In this document: positions 25,288 to 27,223 of the stretch, one piece after another
Layout: each line of letters begins with the position of its first letter
How positions within the stretch are numbered: position 1 is the first letter of the stretch
NCBI GenBank assembly: GCA_963583675.1
Contig: CAUZWH010000001.1
Coordinates: forward strand, 1 to 27,223
Direction: 5' to 3'
DNA: 27,223 nucleotides
Origin: Alphaproteobacteria bacterium
GTDB taxonomy: Bacteria > Pseudomonadota > Alphaproteobacteria > SHVV01
The notes under the pieces: generated by a model
Database searches by the model: none
The model's input: only the letters and a program-made list of their open reading frames with translations
Told to the model about the DNA's origin: nothing
Made by a program: the position numbers and the translations under genes

Positions 25288-27223
25288 ATGGTGAAATCGC
25301 CGCAATCAGATGTTGATCGAGCGCTGGAAGCATACCATAGCGGGAACCTTGGAACCGCCGAGCGTTTGCTTAAAAAGCTTCTCCGTCGTAACCCCGTGCA
25401 GGCCGATTGTCGCCATTTGCTCGGCCTGATTGCTTTCCAGCACGGCTATTTCAAAAATGCAGCGCGGCAAATTGACCAAGCCGTGGCGATCGAACCGGAG
25501 AACCCAACATTTTGTTGTAATCTGGGTGCTGCGCTACTCGAAGCGGGTGCGACGCGCGAAGCAATCGCAAATTATGAGAAGGCGATCGCTCTTCGGCCTC
25601 GTTATCCCCAGGCGCTGGCCAACCTCGGCCTCGCATATGCACGCATCGATGAGCTTGCGAAAGCCGAGGAGGCCCACCGCGCGGCGATCGAAATCGTCCC
25701 CGAAGATGCCGCCGTTCATTTCAATCTAGCGAATTTACTTAGCGATCGATGCCTACTGCGACGTGCTTCGGCACAACCGTAACTACGTAGAAGCACACAG
25801 CAACCTCGCAAGTATTTTTCGGGGACCTGGCGACTTTACGCGCGCCCTCCAGCATCTCGATGAAGCCGAGCGTCAAAATTCCGGAAATTTCGTGCTGCAA
25901 TATAATCTTGCAAGCACTCTTCAGCAGGCCGGGCGCCTCGCACTGGCTCGAGATCGATATCTCATAGCCAGAGATATCGCACCCGATAGCATCGACGTTC
26001 GCATCAACCTTGCGGCCGTTCTGGTAGACCTCGCCCGACCTGGCGAGGCGATTGAGCTGTTGCGGGAATGCTGTGAGGCCCGCCCAGATGATGCGTCGCT
26101 CCGTGCGAGCCTCGCCAGCCTGCTCGAACAGGTCAATCAGTTGCCGGAGGCCCGAGAGCATCTTCGAATGGGTTTAGAGCAGGCACCAAGCGACGGGACA
26201 CTCAGACTACTTGACGCACGATTTAGGCGCAGAGGCGGCGACATCGCGGCATCTCGGGACATGCTCCTCACATTGTTGACTGAGTCTCTACCGCCCGAGA
26301 TCGAGGCCAAGGTCGCCATCGAACTCGGCGTAATTTGGGATCGTCTCGGAGCGTGGGACGAAGCTCTCAAAGCGTTCCAGCGCGGCAACCAACTGACGCT
26401 GAGTCTTGAAAGCACGGCGCGCTACGATCTCGAGGCATATCGAAAAACACTTAGTGCAAACGGGCTGTGGTTCGAAAACGAGCGAATAGCGCGCGCAGCT
26501 TCACCAAGTTTCGGTACACATAACGACCCTATCTTTTTCGTTGGATTTCTACGATCCGGTACCACACTCGTCGAGCAGATTCTGGTCTCGCATCCCGATG
26601 TCGACACCTCAGCAGAGGCGATTCTCCTGGCCAGCACGATGGAGCAGTTGCGCTCCATCACAGGTTCAAATCGGCCCTATCCAGACAATCTGAAAAACAT
26701 CACCAACAAGCAGATCGATGCGCTTAGAGACCACTACTGGGCGCAATCTGATGATCTCGGCCGGCTTCCTGGCCGGCGCTGGGTCGACAAACTACCGCTC
26801 AATATCGTTCACCTCGGTTTCGTGAAATGGATTTTCCCCAATGCGAAAAACCTCGTGGCTCTACGCGGCCCCAGAGATGTTGTCATCAGTTGCTTCATGC
26901 AGTCGTTTCGACCCAACGCCGCGATGGCCCATTTCTCCTCGATCGAGTCTGCGACAGCCCTCTACGTCGCCGTAATGGATCTTTGGTTGTATTTTTGTGA
27001 CGTCCTCGGCGCTGACTGGATGGAATATCGATACGAGGATTTGATCGCCCAGCCCGAAGCGGTGGTCCGAAAAATTCTCGCACATCTTGAATTGGACTGG
27101 ACCGATCAGGTCTTGGATCACACGCAGCAAGCACGCCACAACCGCATCGCGACGCCAAGCTATGTCGACGTAATGCAGCCAATCAACGCTCGTGCAATCG
27201 GACGATGGCGTAATTACCGTGAG
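25288..27223 (+). pseudogene. TPR-repeat sulfotransferase (Sulfotransfer_3-like), frameshifted at ~25745; incomplete at the window edge
   Basis: The frame-1 TPR fragment ends at TAA 25782. Frame 2 is open from 25745 to the edge: IDAYCDVLRHNRNYVEAHSNLA...more TPRs...PIFFVGFLRSGTTLVEQIL..HP...VDKLPLN...FPNAK...RGPRDVVISCF...YEDLI.QPE...TPSY..V.QPI....IGRWRNY. Confidence 0.92.

Noticed and set aside
8171-25589. Repeated GCGATCGC (HIP1-like) at 8171, 12589, 15542, 16669, 20505 and 25582
   Set aside because: Five of the six are in-frame GCG-ATC-GCN (Ala-Ile-Ala) codons, so codon usage explains them.
25735-25750. Programmed +1 frameshift at CTT-AGC in the TPR-sulfotransferase
   Set aside because: A shift would not restore the five missing TPR residues; there is no internal SD or stop-codon pause; the deletion model fits exactly.
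1-27223. Mobile elements, prophage, CRISPR, defence systems, tRNA/rRNA
   Set aside because: No integrase or transposase motifs, no spaced repeats, no cloverleaf or rRNA-like stretch; intergenic gaps are all under ~220 nt.

Overview
A ~60% GC alphaproteobacterial (Rhodospirillales-like) chromosomal housekeeping window. In order: a BtuF-like helical-backbone protein (runs off the left edge), gatB-gatA-gatC on the minus strand, then a divergent run of ruvX/yqgF, pyrB, pyrC', plsY, dprA, topA, rnr, a Nudix hydrolase, a YcaD-like MFS transporter and rpmG (missed by the ORF track). These are followed by a broken ROK sugar kinase, eipB (DUF1849), a sensorless GGDEF protein, a rid-rid-GDPD-FemAB-like GNAT-HIT cluster convergent with clpS-clpA, and a frameshifted TPR-sulfotransferase that runs off the right edge. 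I see no mobile element, CRISPR array, tRNA or rRNA. I do not see a clear-cut new multi-gene system. The strongest unusual signals are: (i) lesions confined to accessory genes (an in-frame deletion, a nonsense plus frameshift, a probable ATG>ATA start loss, and a 23-nt microhomology deletion) while all core genes are intact, which suggests early genome erosion; (ii) a PlsY with a ~48-aa two-helix insertion just before its GGKG motif; (iii) a complete palindrome + IHF + sigma-54 promoter in front of the GGDEF gene; (iv) a perfect CtrA-type box overlapping a sigma-32-like promoter of clpSA; (v) two diverged tandem Rid paralogs in an operon with a FemAB-like transferase next to the N-degron machinery. 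All family assignments come from my recognition of motifs, not from database searches.
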